Below are positions 1 through 10,200 of a stretch of 64,000 bases of DNA, in pieces; positions within the stretch are counted from its first letter, which is position 1, and the number at the start of each line of letters is the position of its first letter. The notes beneath the pieces are model-generated. The model saw only the letters and a program-made list of their open reading frames with translations. It was not told where the DNA came from and did no database searches. The DNA comes from Kiritimatiellia bacterium (GTDB taxonomy: Bacteria; Verrucomicrobiota; Kiritimatiellia; SLOV01). The DNA lies in assembly GCA_963578625.1 (NCBI GenBank), contig CAUZEO010000002.1:8460-72459 (forward strand). Reading direction: 5' to 3'. The position numbers and the translations under genes are program-made.

Positions 1-651
1 CTCCACGGTTGAAACATCGTAGTATGCTTGAAACAATGGGTGGTCCGGCCCTAATCGCTTGATGGGCGCCTCTGGAAAAATTTCCCGCAACTCGGCACGC
101 GCGGAGTCATAGAACGGCTTCGAGCCGAGGCCCGCGTTCATGACAATCATCCCTCCGTTAAGAAGGAGTGACCGAACTCGTTTTCGCTCTCCCGGTGACC
201 AGCTGAAATGGAAATGCCCGGATCGGTACAGAATCGGATTCTTTTCCGAGTTCACGTCGACGGCGCTGAGAGGCTTGACGTCCATACTGAAATTGACATC
301 GATCATTCCCTTCATCGACTTCAGGAGATTGTTCAAGTCGTTGGGCCGCGTATTCCAGTCGAGCTGGCCGTGCGGAGACGTCAATTTGGTGTACAGGACC
401 GGCGGCTTTGGCGGCTTTTTTTTCTCGGAGCGCGCCTGTGGAACCACCGGCGGCGGCGGATACGGAACGTAGGTCTCCGCGGAGGAGACTTGTGCCGGCG
501 GAGGCGGAGGCGCTTTGCCTATTTCGGGTGGAACGAATCCGGGCTCGTCCGATCCGTCCCCTTCGTACAACAGGAACGCGGGGGCCGATGGCGCGCAACA
601 CAGCAGGGCGGCCGCAATCCAGCACCTGAGCTTGAGGATGATCGACTTCAT
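1..651 (-). CDS. DUF4159-like secreted protein, 5' portion (gene continues past the left edge)
   Basis: Absent from the ORF track because there is no stop inside the window. Hand check: plus-strand frame-1 triplets 1-651 contain no TTA/CTA/TCA, so the minus strand is open from ATG (651-649) to base 1. Translation gives MKSIILKLRCWIAAALLCCAPS (signal-like), a Pro-rich linker, then ..KNPILYRSGHFHFSWSPGERKRVRSLLLNGGMIVMNAG..FPEAPIKRLGPDHPLFQAYYDV. This matches my memory of the DUF4159 pattern. Confidence 0.6.
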   Translation of the reverse strand, partial: MKSIILKLRCWIAAALLCCAPSAPAFLLYEGDGSDEPGFVPPEIGKAPPPPPAQVSSAETYVPYPPPPVVPQARSEKKKPPKPPVLYTKLTSPHGQLDWNTRPNDLNNLLKSMKGMIDVNFSMDVKPLSAVDVNSEKNPILYRSGHFHFSWSPGERKRVRSLLLNGGMIVMNAGLGSKPFYDSARAELREIFPEAPIKRLGPDHPLFQAYYDVSTVE

Positions 652-1352
652 GTCAGGAGAATATCATGAATTCCCGCGGCCGGAAATGTCTTTGACACTA
701 GAAAACGAAGAAGATTCCCGGAATTCTGCTTTTCGATTTCAAATCGATTGAATTCCCATGTAGCGAAAGTCGCCAAGACTTCTGATTGGCGACGCACAAC
801 TTCGACAGAGCCACAAAACGGCCCCCAGAGCGGCAGAATCCCAACCTAGAAAAGGAACCGCGCAATACCCAAACCATCAAAGCCGCAACCAAACGAAATC
901 CACCTCGGGGCGCACGGAGTCCACGGAGCCAAGAGGAAATCACTCTGCCATCAATTATTCTGCCTTCTCCATCGGAATTCAGGGAAGTAAAGCCTGAGAT
1001 TCATGCTCAGATCAATCACAACCCCGGCATCTTCGGGTCGGCCCTGCCATCCGTAGGCTCTCACTGCAGACCCTAAAGAAACCTCGCAAAGTTCACGAAA
1101 AGCGAAGTGGCTTGGACACAGTCAGGTCCATCGATCCAAGGTTCCCGTCCGTGAAGTTCAATTTCAATCCAAGACTACGATTTCAAACTGATATTCATGC
1201 GTAGGATACTTGCACACCGTCATTTTTTTTGCATCGTTAGGGTGAAGTCCGCAGCTCCTGGACGCGGAATGAATTCCGCGCTACCGACAGCGCATTGCAT
1301 GCCGTGGCAGAAAAGTGGTCGCAATCAGCGGCGAATTTGGGGATAGTAGAAC

Positions 1353-2576
1353 ATGGCTCGAATCAATACCTCCTATCGCAAACTGGCCGCGGGATATCTC
1401 TTCCCGGAAATCGCAAAACGCACGAAACTCTTTCAAGAGAAGAATCCGGATGTCGAGATTATGCGACTCGGAATCGGCGATACGACCGAACCGCTGACCG
1501 AAACCGTCATAAAAGGTCTTCACGACGCAGTCACCGCGCTCGGCACACGGGAGGGGTATTCCGGGTACGGCGACTCTGAAGGGAATCCCGATTTGCGCCA
1601 GGCGATTTCCGCCCACTACCAGGCTTGCGGCGCGGCCGTGTCGGCGGACGATGTTTTCGTGAGCGACGGTGCCAAGCCCGACAGCTCGAACATTCAGTCT
1701 ATTTTCGGTACGGAAAATATTGTCGCCGTTCAGGATCCCGCCTATCCAGTGTATGTCGACAGTAATGTGATCGCGGGTCGCTCCGGAGAGGCGGTGGACG
1801 GTTGTTACGAAGGGTTCGTGTACATGCCGTGTACGGCGGAAAACGGATTCTTTCCGGATCTCCCCCGATCGAAAGTCGACTTGATTTACATCTGCAGCCC
1901 GAACAACCCTACCGGCGCGGTCGCCACGCGGGAGCAATTGAAGGGGTTTATCGACTACGCGCTGAAACACCGGGCAGTCATCCTGTACGACTCCGCCTAC
2001 TCGATATACATCCAGGACGACAGCCTTCCCCGCAGCATCTACGAGATCGACGGCGCACGAAATTGCGCAATCGAGTTCAGCAGCTTTTCGAAGTCCGCAG
2101 GCTTCACAGGTGTCCGCCTCGGATGGACCATTGTCCCGGATGAAGTCACGGTGGAAGAGACCGTTGCGGGTGAAATAAAATCGCTATGGACGCGGCGGCA
2201 AAACACCTTTTTCAATGGCGCTTCCAATATCGTCCAGGCGGGGGGCCTCGCCGCGCTGAGCGATGCGGGCCGGCGCGAAATGAAAGAACTGGCGGACTTC
2301 TACATGGAGAATGCAGCCATTATTCGCGAGGGAGTGCAGTCGGTCGGGATCGAGGCATACGGCGGCGAGAACGCGCCGTATGTCTGGATGAAAACGCCGG
2401 GCGGAATCGATTCATGGTCCTTTTTCGACAAATTGCTCTCCGAGTGTCACGTCGTGGGTACGCCGGGCGCAGGATTCGGCCCCAGCGGCGAAGGGTACTT
2501 CCGTCTCAGCGCCTTCGGCCACCGCTCCAACATCGAAACATCGGTCGCAAGCATCCACGAGAACCTGAAGCTCTAG
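1353..2576 (+). CDS. dapL: LL-diaminopimelate aminotransferase (DapL type)
   Basis: 407-aa ORF. N-terminus MARINTSYRKLAAGYLFPEIAKR and a class-I aminotransferase body with the PLP-lysine block SFSKSAGFTGVRLGW. A DapF homologue lies 1.3 kb downstream. Confidence 0.9.
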   Translation: MARINTSYRKLAAGYLFPEIAKRTKLFQEKNPDVEIMRLGIGDTTEPLTETVIKGLHDAVTALGTREGYSGYGDSEGNPDLRQAISAHYQACGAAVSADDVFVSDGAKPDSSNIQSIFGTENIVAVQDPAYPVYVDSNVIAGRSGEAVDGCYEGFVYMPCTAENGFFPDLPRSKVDLIYICSPNNPTGAVATREQLKGFIDYALKHRAVILYDSAYSIYIQDDSLPRSIYEIDGARNCAIEFSSFSKSAGFTGVRLGWTIVPDEVTVEETVAGEIKSLWTRRQNTFFNGASNIVQAGGLAALSDAGRREMKELADFYMENAAIIREGVQSVGIEAYGGENAPYVWMKTPGGIDSWSFFDKLLSECHVVGTPGAGFGPSGEGYFRLSAFGHRSNIETSVASIHENLKL

Positions 2577-2762
2577 TAGTTGGTGTGCGGCAACATGAGC
2601 CGGAAGCGGCCTTCTTCCGGGAGGGAGTCGATCGGGATGTTGAGGGTATCTTGGGGACCCACGATCCAGTTCGTGTAGGGCGCCCAAACCGGCGGCTGTT
2701 GTCCGGCGTCCGGCGGAAAACCCGACCTGGTAAGTAACATTCGATTCAGCCTGCCAGGACAG

Positions 2763-3317
2763 CTACAATTCGTTTGATATGACCTTCGCAATCTCGGTCA
2801 GGACAACCGCCGCTTGTGGCTTGGGGAACAGGAATGTTTGAATCTGCTGTACCCATTGATTTCCGTGGTCGGTAAGGCCCGTGGCATTAAAAGGGATGGT
2901 ATCCGACAGCCATCCGTTCAAATGGTAGGCGTCGATCTGCGAACCGAGGAATACCAGCGGATGGGCGGCGATCACCTGCTGCTGCGCGACGCGCACCTTC
3001 TCCTTATTTTCTTCGGTAGCGGTCGGGTTATACGAGACAATGGCAACGCCCCAGGGAACATCAAAGCCGGCGTCAATTCGCGACTGGGCGATGATGGACT
3101 CGAAACGCTGCGCGTAGTCAGCCGTGCTGGTTCCAAACTGGCTGTCCGTCTCGCCCTGGTGCCACAGTACGGCCCTCAAACCATGGGGGCCGAAGAAATT
3201 GAGGGCCTGTAGCATTCGAGGATAGTGCGTCGAACCAGGAATCCATTCTTCCACGCTCGAGCCGCCCCGCGCAACCGAGATCATTCCGACAGGCACATCC
3301 AGGGATCCGGCGCAAGT
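2763..3317 (-). pseudogene. sialate O-acetylesterase-like (SASA/DUF303, SGNH fold) gene lacking its N-terminal half
   Basis: ORF 2763..3296 begins at a GTG inside the conserved block ..LDVPVGMISVARGGSSVEEWIPGS.. followed by LWHQGETD. An in-frame TGA at 3320-3318 cuts it off from any GQSNM-type N-terminal block. Upstream, 3321-3665 gives only frame-broken pieces (MILFWIDRPAM.., ..EILVAGDYGGTLDRIE..). Confidence 0.5.
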
Positions 3318-3928
3318 TCATCTCCAGAAGCGGGCCAAGGGGATCCTCCGTAGCCGGTTACAATCGGCTACGGATCCACAGCGTATGCCGCAGCACCGCG
3401 GTTCCAGCGTAGCCGACTACGGGCATCACATCCACCTCGATTCGATCGAGAGTCCCGCCATAGTCGCCCGCAACCAGGATCTCTGCGCAATTGTACCGGT
3501 CGCGCTGAGGCACCGAGCGAACCCCTGGTTGGTGCAATCGGTCGGCGAACCGTTACCGACGTGACGGATCGCTGGCCGTAGATCGGTCATGGCGGGTCTA
3601 TCGATCCAGAAAAGAATCATCATGCGATAACAAAATTTTCGTCCTCCGAATAAAGTGCCTATCAAAGAATTCGCCAGTGACCATGGAATACCATTCAGGC
3701 CCGATAGATCAGCTCTGGGCCTCCTTGACCAAACATCGATCCGCGCCGATTCTTGTGGGCATGGAAAGCCGTTAAAAAGGATGAAAGTTATGCACCAGGA
3801 CCATACTCCAGATCTACCCTCTTTGAGGGAAAATTACCCGTTCCCGATCCAATCGAAGCGGAATTGACCGAGACAGGATTAAATGTTCGCTTGAAATTGA
3901 TCCCCATCATGAATTAGATACAGGTGTC

Positions 3929-4795
3929 ATGAAATTCCACAAATATCATGCACTAGGCAATGACTACCTGGTGCTCGACCCCAGGAATGGCGCATTGCCC
4001 ACCCCGAAGGCGATCGAGCTGATTTGTCACCGAAATTTCGGGCTAGGATCCGATGGCATCCTCTATGGTCCTCTGCGGACCGAAGTCGCTGACTACGGCC
4101 TGCAGATCTGGAATCCGGACGGCAGTGAAGCGGAGAAAAGCGGCAACGGTCTTCGCATATTCACCCGTTTCATGTTGGACGAGGGCCTTGTTTCTCACGA
4201 TCCGTTCACGGTGATGACTGCCGGAGGAAAAGTCACCTGCCGCGTTCACCAGGACAATGAAATTATCGAAGTCGAAATGGGACGCGTCAGCTTCAACAGC
4301 GCGATCATTCCGGTGACCGGGATGGAACGTGACGTCCTGGACGAAGAATTGACGGTAGACGGCACGAGCTATCGATACTATGCCGCCACCATCGGCAATC
4401 CGCACGTGGTTCTGCCGATGGAAGCACACACCCGGAAACTTATCTGCGAAATCGGACCGGTTATTGAAAACATGACCGAGTTGTTCCCCAACCGAACCAA
4501 CATTCAACTGCTGAGGGTCGAGGATCGCAGGAATATCCACATCGAAATCTGGGAACGCGGGGCCGGCTATACCCTTGCGTCCGGAAGCTCGAGCAGCGCG
4601 GCCGCTGCGGTGGCATATAAAATGGGTGCGTGCGATGGGGACATCATGGTCCATTGCCCCGGAGGCAACATAGGCATCAAAATCGACGCCGATTTCCAGG
4701 TAACAATGACCGGGCCGGCCACGCGAGTCGGAACCTATGACATGGACGATGGTGTGATGACGCAGGCCGTGCCGATCCACGCATCGGCATCGTAA
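3929..4795 (+). CDS. dapF: diaminopimelate epimerase homologue (DapF fold) with Ser at both catalytic Cys positions
   Basis: 288 aa with MKFHKYHALGNDYLVLD, TIGNPHVV and WERGAGYT. Signature motif 1 reads NPDGSEAEKSGNGLR (Ser71, AGC 4139-4141). Motif 2 reads ERGAGYTLASGSS (Ser218, TCC 4580-4582). Canonical DapF has Cys at both sites. Confidence 0.8.
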   Translation: MKFHKYHALGNDYLVLDPRNGALPTPKAIELICHRNFGLGSDGILYGPLRTEVADYGLQIWNPDGSEAEKSGNGLRIFTRFMLDEGLVSHDPFTVMTAGGKVTCRVHQDNEIIEVEMGRVSFNSAIIPVTGMERDVLDEELTVDGTSYRYYAATIGNPHVVLPMEAHTRKLICEIGPVIENMTELFPNRTNIQLLRVEDRRNIHIEIWERGAGYTLASGSSSSAAAAVAYKMGACDGDIMVHCPGGNIGIKIDADFQVTMTGPATRVGTYDMDDGVMTQAVPIHASAS

Positions 4796-4818
4796 TTGAG
4801 AAGTGAGGGACGACCCGC

Positions 4819-5187
4819 ATGAACGCATTCGTTAGAAAGTCTGATCAGGTAGATTGTGAAGCCGTAGGGGCCGGCTCAGGAACTTCGCGTCAAGTGTTGA
4901 TCAGTTCCGAAGAAGCCCCGCATTTTGCGTTGCGCCGTTTCATTATGGAGCCGGGTGGTGGAATGCCGAAGCACACCAACACGGTCGAGCATGAACAGTA
5001 CGTCCTGGGCGGCAGCGCAAGAATCGGCATCGGCGACGAAATATTTATGGTGCAAGCGGGGGATGTTGTCTACATCCCGGAGAGCGTCCCGCATTGGTAC
5101 GAGGCCACGGGCGAAGTCCCGTTCGAGTTCCTCTGCATGGTCCCGAATTTACCGGATGAGATTCGAATCGTGGATGCTACGGCCTGA
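4819..5187 (+). CDS. cupin domain protein
   Basis: 122 aa. GGGMPKHTNTVEHEQYVLGG ... AGDVVYIPESVPHWY is the two-motif cupin pattern. Starts 24 nt after the dapF homologue. Confidence 0.75.
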   Translation: MNAFVRKSDQVDCEAVGAGSGTSRQVLISSEEAPHFALRRFIMEPGGGMPKHTNTVEHEQYVLGGSARIGIGDEIFMVQAGDVVYIPESVPHWYEATGEVPFEFLCMVPNLPDEIRIVDATA

Positions 5188-5200
5188 CCGAACGGGAAGT

Positions 5201-5611
5201 TCAGGCATCCTCTTCCGGCAGCTTATTGATTTTATGCACGTTCTCTTCCCAGTTCTGGCCGTCGAATTCGGTAACCCTCAGACCTTCGATGGTGTCCGGC
5301 TGTAGGCATCGAACGTTGACGCTGTACCCATGCGGATTGGACCGGGGAATGTAAAACGATTTAATTCCACACGATTTACAGAAATAGTGCTGGGCCACGC
5401 CGGTGTTGAAGGAATACGTGGAAATTTGATCCCAATCCGTCAACAACCGGAAATTCTTTTTGAGAACATGGAGATGCAGATGTGCGGTTAACGCACAGAT
5501 GGAGCAATTGCAAAGTATGGCATCGATCGAGGGCTCCGCATCGACTTCGAACCGAACCTTGCCACAGTGACATCCCCCCCTATGTGTAACCAGATTGTCG
5601 AACATAGGCAT
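5201..5611 (-). CDS. GFA family protein (glutathione-dependent formaldehyde-activating / CENP-V like Zn-Cys domain)
   Basis: 136 aa with GGCHCGKVRFEV, CNCSIC and FCKSCG cysteine clusters typical of the GFA domain. Confidence 0.8.
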   Translation of the reverse strand: MPMFDNLVTHRGGCHCGKVRFEVDAEPSIDAILCNCSICALTAHLHLHVLKKNFRLLTDWDQISTYSFNTGVAQHYFCKSCGIKSFYIPRSNPHGYSVNVRCLQPDTIEGLRVTEFDGQNWEENVHKINKLPEEDA

Positions 5612-5626
5612 CTTCCCAAAAATAGA

Positions 5627-5875
5627 TCAATTCCATCGGGTGTCAAGAATCCCAAGCTCCCTTCTCATGGCATAGTTCGGCCTCCGAATGCGATGATATT
5701 CCTCCGGAAATGGCAATCCTGCCGATATTTTTTCAGTAAAAACATGAACGCCCCCGGATAATCCGAGGGACCGTTCAAAGTGTGGGAGTGGGCGTTCGCC
5801 GGCGTCGAGCTTCGGTTGCTCATCGAAAATCGATCCGACGTAGCGAATACCTGCCTGCAAAGCTTTTAAAGGCAT
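5627..5875 (-). CDS. hypothetical protein (weak call)
   Basis: 82-aa ORF with no motif I recognise. It lies in a 1.4-kb stretch (5612-6990) that otherwise looks like gene debris. Confidence 0.2.
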   Translation of the reverse strand: MPLKALQAGIRYVGSIFDEQPKLDAGERPLPHFERSLGLSGGVHVFTEKISAGLPFPEEYHRIRRPNYAMRRELGILDTRWN

Positions 5876-6514
5876 CCGCCGTTTTCCCTGGGTCGGCTCC
5901 CGTTCCTGGCCGGACGTTGGCCCAAGGTTACGGGTCTTGCCTCTTACCCCTCATGTTGCATTTACTCTACAGTCGTACGGCCCGCTTTTCCGTCCGCACG
6001 AAGCAGGAGATCATCCGGAGTTTGCAAACTCCAGTGCCTCCACGTAACGACCCTCCTTTTTCGAATTCCGATTGCTCCTCGGAATCTTCCGATGAGCCAA
6101 GCTCACCGAGGACTGCCGTAACATGCTGGTTCTCAGTAGCAGCCATAACCTTATCGGTCACTGGGTTCACTTCCACCGCCGAAACCATGTGCTGTTGAAA
6201 GCGTGACTCGGATCGCCGTCGGCTTCTATATTTACATTGTAACCCGGCGGCAAACACCGGGATTCCGCTCTCCGCCCTACTCCCCGGTCGCATACTCGGC
6301 CAGGTTCGACCCCGTCCGCGTAAGAAGGTTACATCTGACTTCCGCGCCCCACCGAAATGGTTTGCCGAAGGGGCCCAGGGAACAAGTCGTCCCTGACCAT
6401 TTCGCCGTTTCCGGTTGTCGGAGTTCGGGGCCGGAGTTTTCAGAGGTGACTGGGTGGTACTCAGAAACAAGTGGTCAGTGTTCAGGGATGAGAGTTTCCC
6501 CCTTCGTCGCGAGC

Positions 6515-6874
6515 CTACTCGCGAGCTTTGTCGAAAACAGAAATGACGAATTTCACGACGAAGGCAATGCAGGCAGCAGAGACATGAGACCAGACACCGG
6601 TGCCGAAGGTCGCGCTGCTGTTGAGATTTACGAACGTTGCGCCGCTGCTGTTGTGCAGCCGTAACACGGTCTGGTGTGCGGCGGACATCGATAAGATGTA
6701 GGGCGCAAGCACCGGAGAGGACGCCTTTGCAAAAATCGTACTCTCAGCACCGGTCCGCGAAGGTTTCACCCACGCCTCCATCGTCAATCCGGCCCTCAAG
6801 CGCAGAGCGTCGTCGTGACGACGAAATGCAAAGTCGTCGGCGCCGTCAAACTCCAGACTGTATCCATCGGGATA
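6515..6874 (-). pseudogene. LamG/concanavalin-like domain fragment
   Basis: The open frame reads YPDGYSLEFDGADDFAFRRHDDALRLRAGLTMEAWVKPSRTGAESTIFAK...GVWSHVSAA, the start of a Laminin_G_3-type domain. There is no plausible start and it stops prematurely. A possible degenerate tail (F.WGAEVR, about 6328-6357) sits in another frame. Confidence 0.4.
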
Positions 6875-6941
6875 TTGCGATTCACACCATGCCCGAGCCG
6901 GCCGCCATGGTGGGCTTCTCCCCTTTCTTCTCCTCCCAGCC

Positions 6942-6975
6942 GCAGGGCAGGGCTATACGACAAGCCCTGCCCTAC
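6942..6975 (-). terminator. GC-rich hairpin downstream of the czc operon
   Basis: Arms GCAGGGCAGGGC (6942-6953) and GCCCTGCCCTAC (6964-6975) pair over a 10-bp core with a 10-nt loop, about 20 nt after the stop of the His-rich lipoprotein gene. No clear U-tract follows. Confidence 0.4.
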
Positions 6976-6994
6976 CGAACCTGAATGGGAATGG

Positions 6995-7192
6995 TTAGTC
7001 GTGGTCGTGGCCTTCGTGATCGGTATGATCAGACCCAGCCTGTTCGCTTTGGACTTTTTCCACTTCTTCGGAGACTGGCTCTGCCGCATTTTCCGGTGCC
7101 TCCTCCGAAGACGAATCCGCTTTCCCACAGCCAGCCCCAACAAAGGCCGCGGTCGTCATCAGCAATGCCAACATCATTCGGACGTTCTTCAT
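6995..7192 (-). CDS. small exported His-rich protein (lipobox-like signal), last gene of the czc operon
   Basis: 65 aa. MKNVRMMLALLMTTAAFVGAGC signal, an acidic linker and the C-terminal tail SDHTDHEGHDHD. It shares the HEGHDHD motif with the CzcB N-terminus. Located 92 nt downstream of czcA on the same strand. Confidence 0.6.
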   Translation of the reverse strand: MKNVRMMLALLMTTAAFVGAGCGKADSSSEEAPENAAEPVSEEVEKVQSEQAGSDHTDHEGHDHD

Positions 7193-7283
7193 TCATTCCT
7201 CCTAGGTTGTCGCTTCGTTTTCCGTTCCTACTTTTCATTTTGAATTGAACCACTGCGATGCGATTCATTCAAGACCTCTTACT

Positions 7284-10200
7284 TTACATTTCCACGGCTT
7301 CGCGGCGACCTTCTACCCATGCATAAACCGCGGGGATCACCACGAGTGTCAGAAACGTGGATGTCGTAAGTCCGAACACAACGACGGTTGCCAATGGGCG
7401 CTGTACGTCGGACCCTATGCCTCGCGCAAGCAGCAATGGCATGAGTCCCAGCACGGTTGTCATCGCAGTCATCAAGACTGGTCGCAGGCGCAGCAACGCG
7501 CCCTCCTCTACCGCTTGTGCCACGGATCTTCCGCGGACACGCAAATCATTAAAATATGTGACCAGGACCATTCCGTTCTGAACCGCAATTCCGAATAACG
7601 CGATGAACCCCACCGATGCGGGTACGGACAGGTATTGTCCGGTAACCAGAAGCCCCAGAATGCCGCCAATCAATGCCAACGGAACATTGACGATGATAAT
7701 CAGCGCGTGCCGCGCTACGCCGAACGACATCCACAGCATGACGAACACAAGACCGATTACGGTGGGTACGATGATCGATAAACGCCTCATCGCGCGCTGC
7801 TGGTTTTCAAACTGGCCTCCGTATTCAATCGTGTATCCAGGCGGCAGGTCGACCTCGTCTTCAATGAGCTGCTGAATGTCGGCCGCCACGCTTCCCATAT
7901 CGCGCCCTCGCACATTGCCCTGCACGATCCATCGCCTCTGGTTCTGTTCACGGTTGATCTGGATCGGACCGGTGACCTGCTGCACTTCGGCGACCTGGGA
8001 CAAAGGAATCACCGCACCTTTACCCGTGTGAACCAGGACATTACGAACCGCGTCAGGATGGGAACGAAACGGCTCCTGGAATCGTAGATGAATCCCGAAA
8101 CGACGCGTATTGAGGTAAATATTGTCGATGACTTCACCGCCGACAGCCAACTCAACCATCTCCATGATTTCGCTGACGGACACGCCATACCTTGCGCATG
8201 CCTCACGATCGGCAATCACCTGGATCTGGGGTTGCCCGAAGCTTTGCTCGGTTGAGACATCTGCCAGGCCCCTGACATCAACGATGGCGCCCCGAATTTC
8301 TTCCGCCTTCTCCCGTAGAACTTCCAGGTCTTCCCCATAGAGTTTTATGGCCAGGTCGGCGCGAATTCCCGACAGCAGTTCTCCGAATAGAGCCTGGATC
8401 GGTTGGGAAAAATTGACCTGTATTCCGGGAAAGTCCTTCAGCTTCTCGTCCAGCGCCTCGACCAGGTCGGTCTTGGTCCGTAACGATCCCCACTCCTTCA
8501 TCGGGTTTAACTCGATATGCATCTCGGCGACGTTGACCGGATGAGGGTGACTTCCGGCCTCCGGTCGTCCAATCCGTGAAATGACTTCCTGCACTGGACC
8601 GAGTTTTACGATCTCCCGCTCCATTTCCATGATGAGTTCAGTTCCTTTCTCGAGGGAAATGGATGGGGCCATCGTCACCCCGATTTGAATCGATCCCTCC
8701 TCGAGCGTAGGAATGAACTCGGACCCCAGGAAAGGAACGACAAACAAACTGCCGGCGAAAATCGCCCCCGAAGCCAGCACGACCAGAACCTTTGCCCTGA
8801 TTGCTCGCCGAAGCATGGGCTTGTACAAGGCCTTTAGCGCGTGTACCAGCCAGAGTTCCTTGTGAGACTCCTGCTTCAGCAGCAACAGCGAAAGCACGGG
8901 AGCCACCACAATGGCCACCAGGAGAGACCCCAGAAGGGCAAATGCGATCGTGAACGCCATGGGCGCGAACATCTTGCCTTCGATGCCTTCGAGAGTGAAA
9001 AGCGGAAGAAATACGATGATGATAATTGCGATCGAAAAAACGATCGGACGATTCACCTCCCCGGCCGCTTCCGTGATGACCCTGGCCTTCGATTCGTCCC
9101 GGCCGGCGCGCTCACCCAAGTGCCGGAAAAGATTTTCCACCATGACGATGGCTCCGTCTCCCAACATCCCGATGGCGATGGCGATTCCGCCGAGCGACAT
9201 CAGATTCGCCGAAATCCCCTGGGCTCCCATGCACAAAATCGCCACCAATGCGCAGATCGGCAGGGACATAGCGACAATGAACGCAGTTCGGAAATTGCCC
9301 AGAAACAAGGCGAGCGTTCCGATGACCAGGAGCCCACCGATCAAGAGCGCTCGCTTTACGGTCATGGTTGCGTTTCGGATTAACTCCGCCTGCTCATAGT
9401 ACGGATGAAGTTCGACCCCCTCGGGCAAAGCTTCCTTCGCCTCCTCAACTTTTACGTACAGCCGCTCAATGACTTCGGAGGTGTTTTCGCCGAAGAGCTT
9501 GAGTACCAGGCCGGCGACGACCTCGGTTTCCCCGTTGCGCGTGACCACGCCTCTGCGTATCTCGTTGCCGTATTCGACCTCGGCGATGGCGGAAAGCAAG
9601 ACCGGTCGGCCGTCCTCCTGCTTTACCGCAATGCTCCGGATGTCCTCGAGTGACTCCACCAGCCCAAGGCCACGAACCAGGTGCTCCTCGGAACCGAGCA
9701 CCAGAAACTGTCCGCCGACATTCCTGTTGTTCGCGTTGACCGCATCGACAAGATCTTCAAGGGTAAGCTCATACTTCAGGAGCGCGTTCGGATTGACGCG
9801 GATCTGATACTGCAGGACGTGACCGCCCATGGAAAGGATCTCAGTAACACCGGGAACGGACTGCAATTGGAATTTGACGACCCAGTCATTGAGCTCTCGC
9901 AACCAGGTGTCCAGGTCCTTGCCACCCGTATCGACTTTGTCGGGATCGGCGGTCAGATAGTACATGAAGATCTGCCCCAGGCCCGTGGAGATCGGCCCCA
10001 GGCCCGGCGGTTCGTCCGTCTGGGGCAATTCTCCGATCACGCTCGACAATCGTTCGGATACCAGTTGTCTGGCGAAATAGATGTCAACGCTATCCTTGAA
10101 GTAGGTGTAAATTACCGCCATGCCGAACGCGGATGTGGACTTGATCTGCGTGACCCCGGGCAATCCGTTCATGGCCGATTCGATCGGGTACGTGATGAGC

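Noticed and set aside
1240-1258. gggtgaagtccgcagctcc resembles the RNase P RNA CR-I element (GAGGAAAGUCCGGGCUCC).
   Set aside because: Only about 95 nt remain before dapL. None of the other conserved RNase P regions follows. The resemblance is a short partial match.
1100-1352. Possible lysine riboswitch upstream of dapL.
   Set aside because: I could not recognise the conserved L-box helices by eye. A covariance-model scan would be needed, so no feature is claimed.
5782-6470. Overlapping 138-aa (+) and 167-aa (-) ORFs in the 5876-6514 gap.
   Set aside because: Neither has a recognisable motif and both have skewed composition. The region more likely holds degenerate remains of the adjacent LamG gene.
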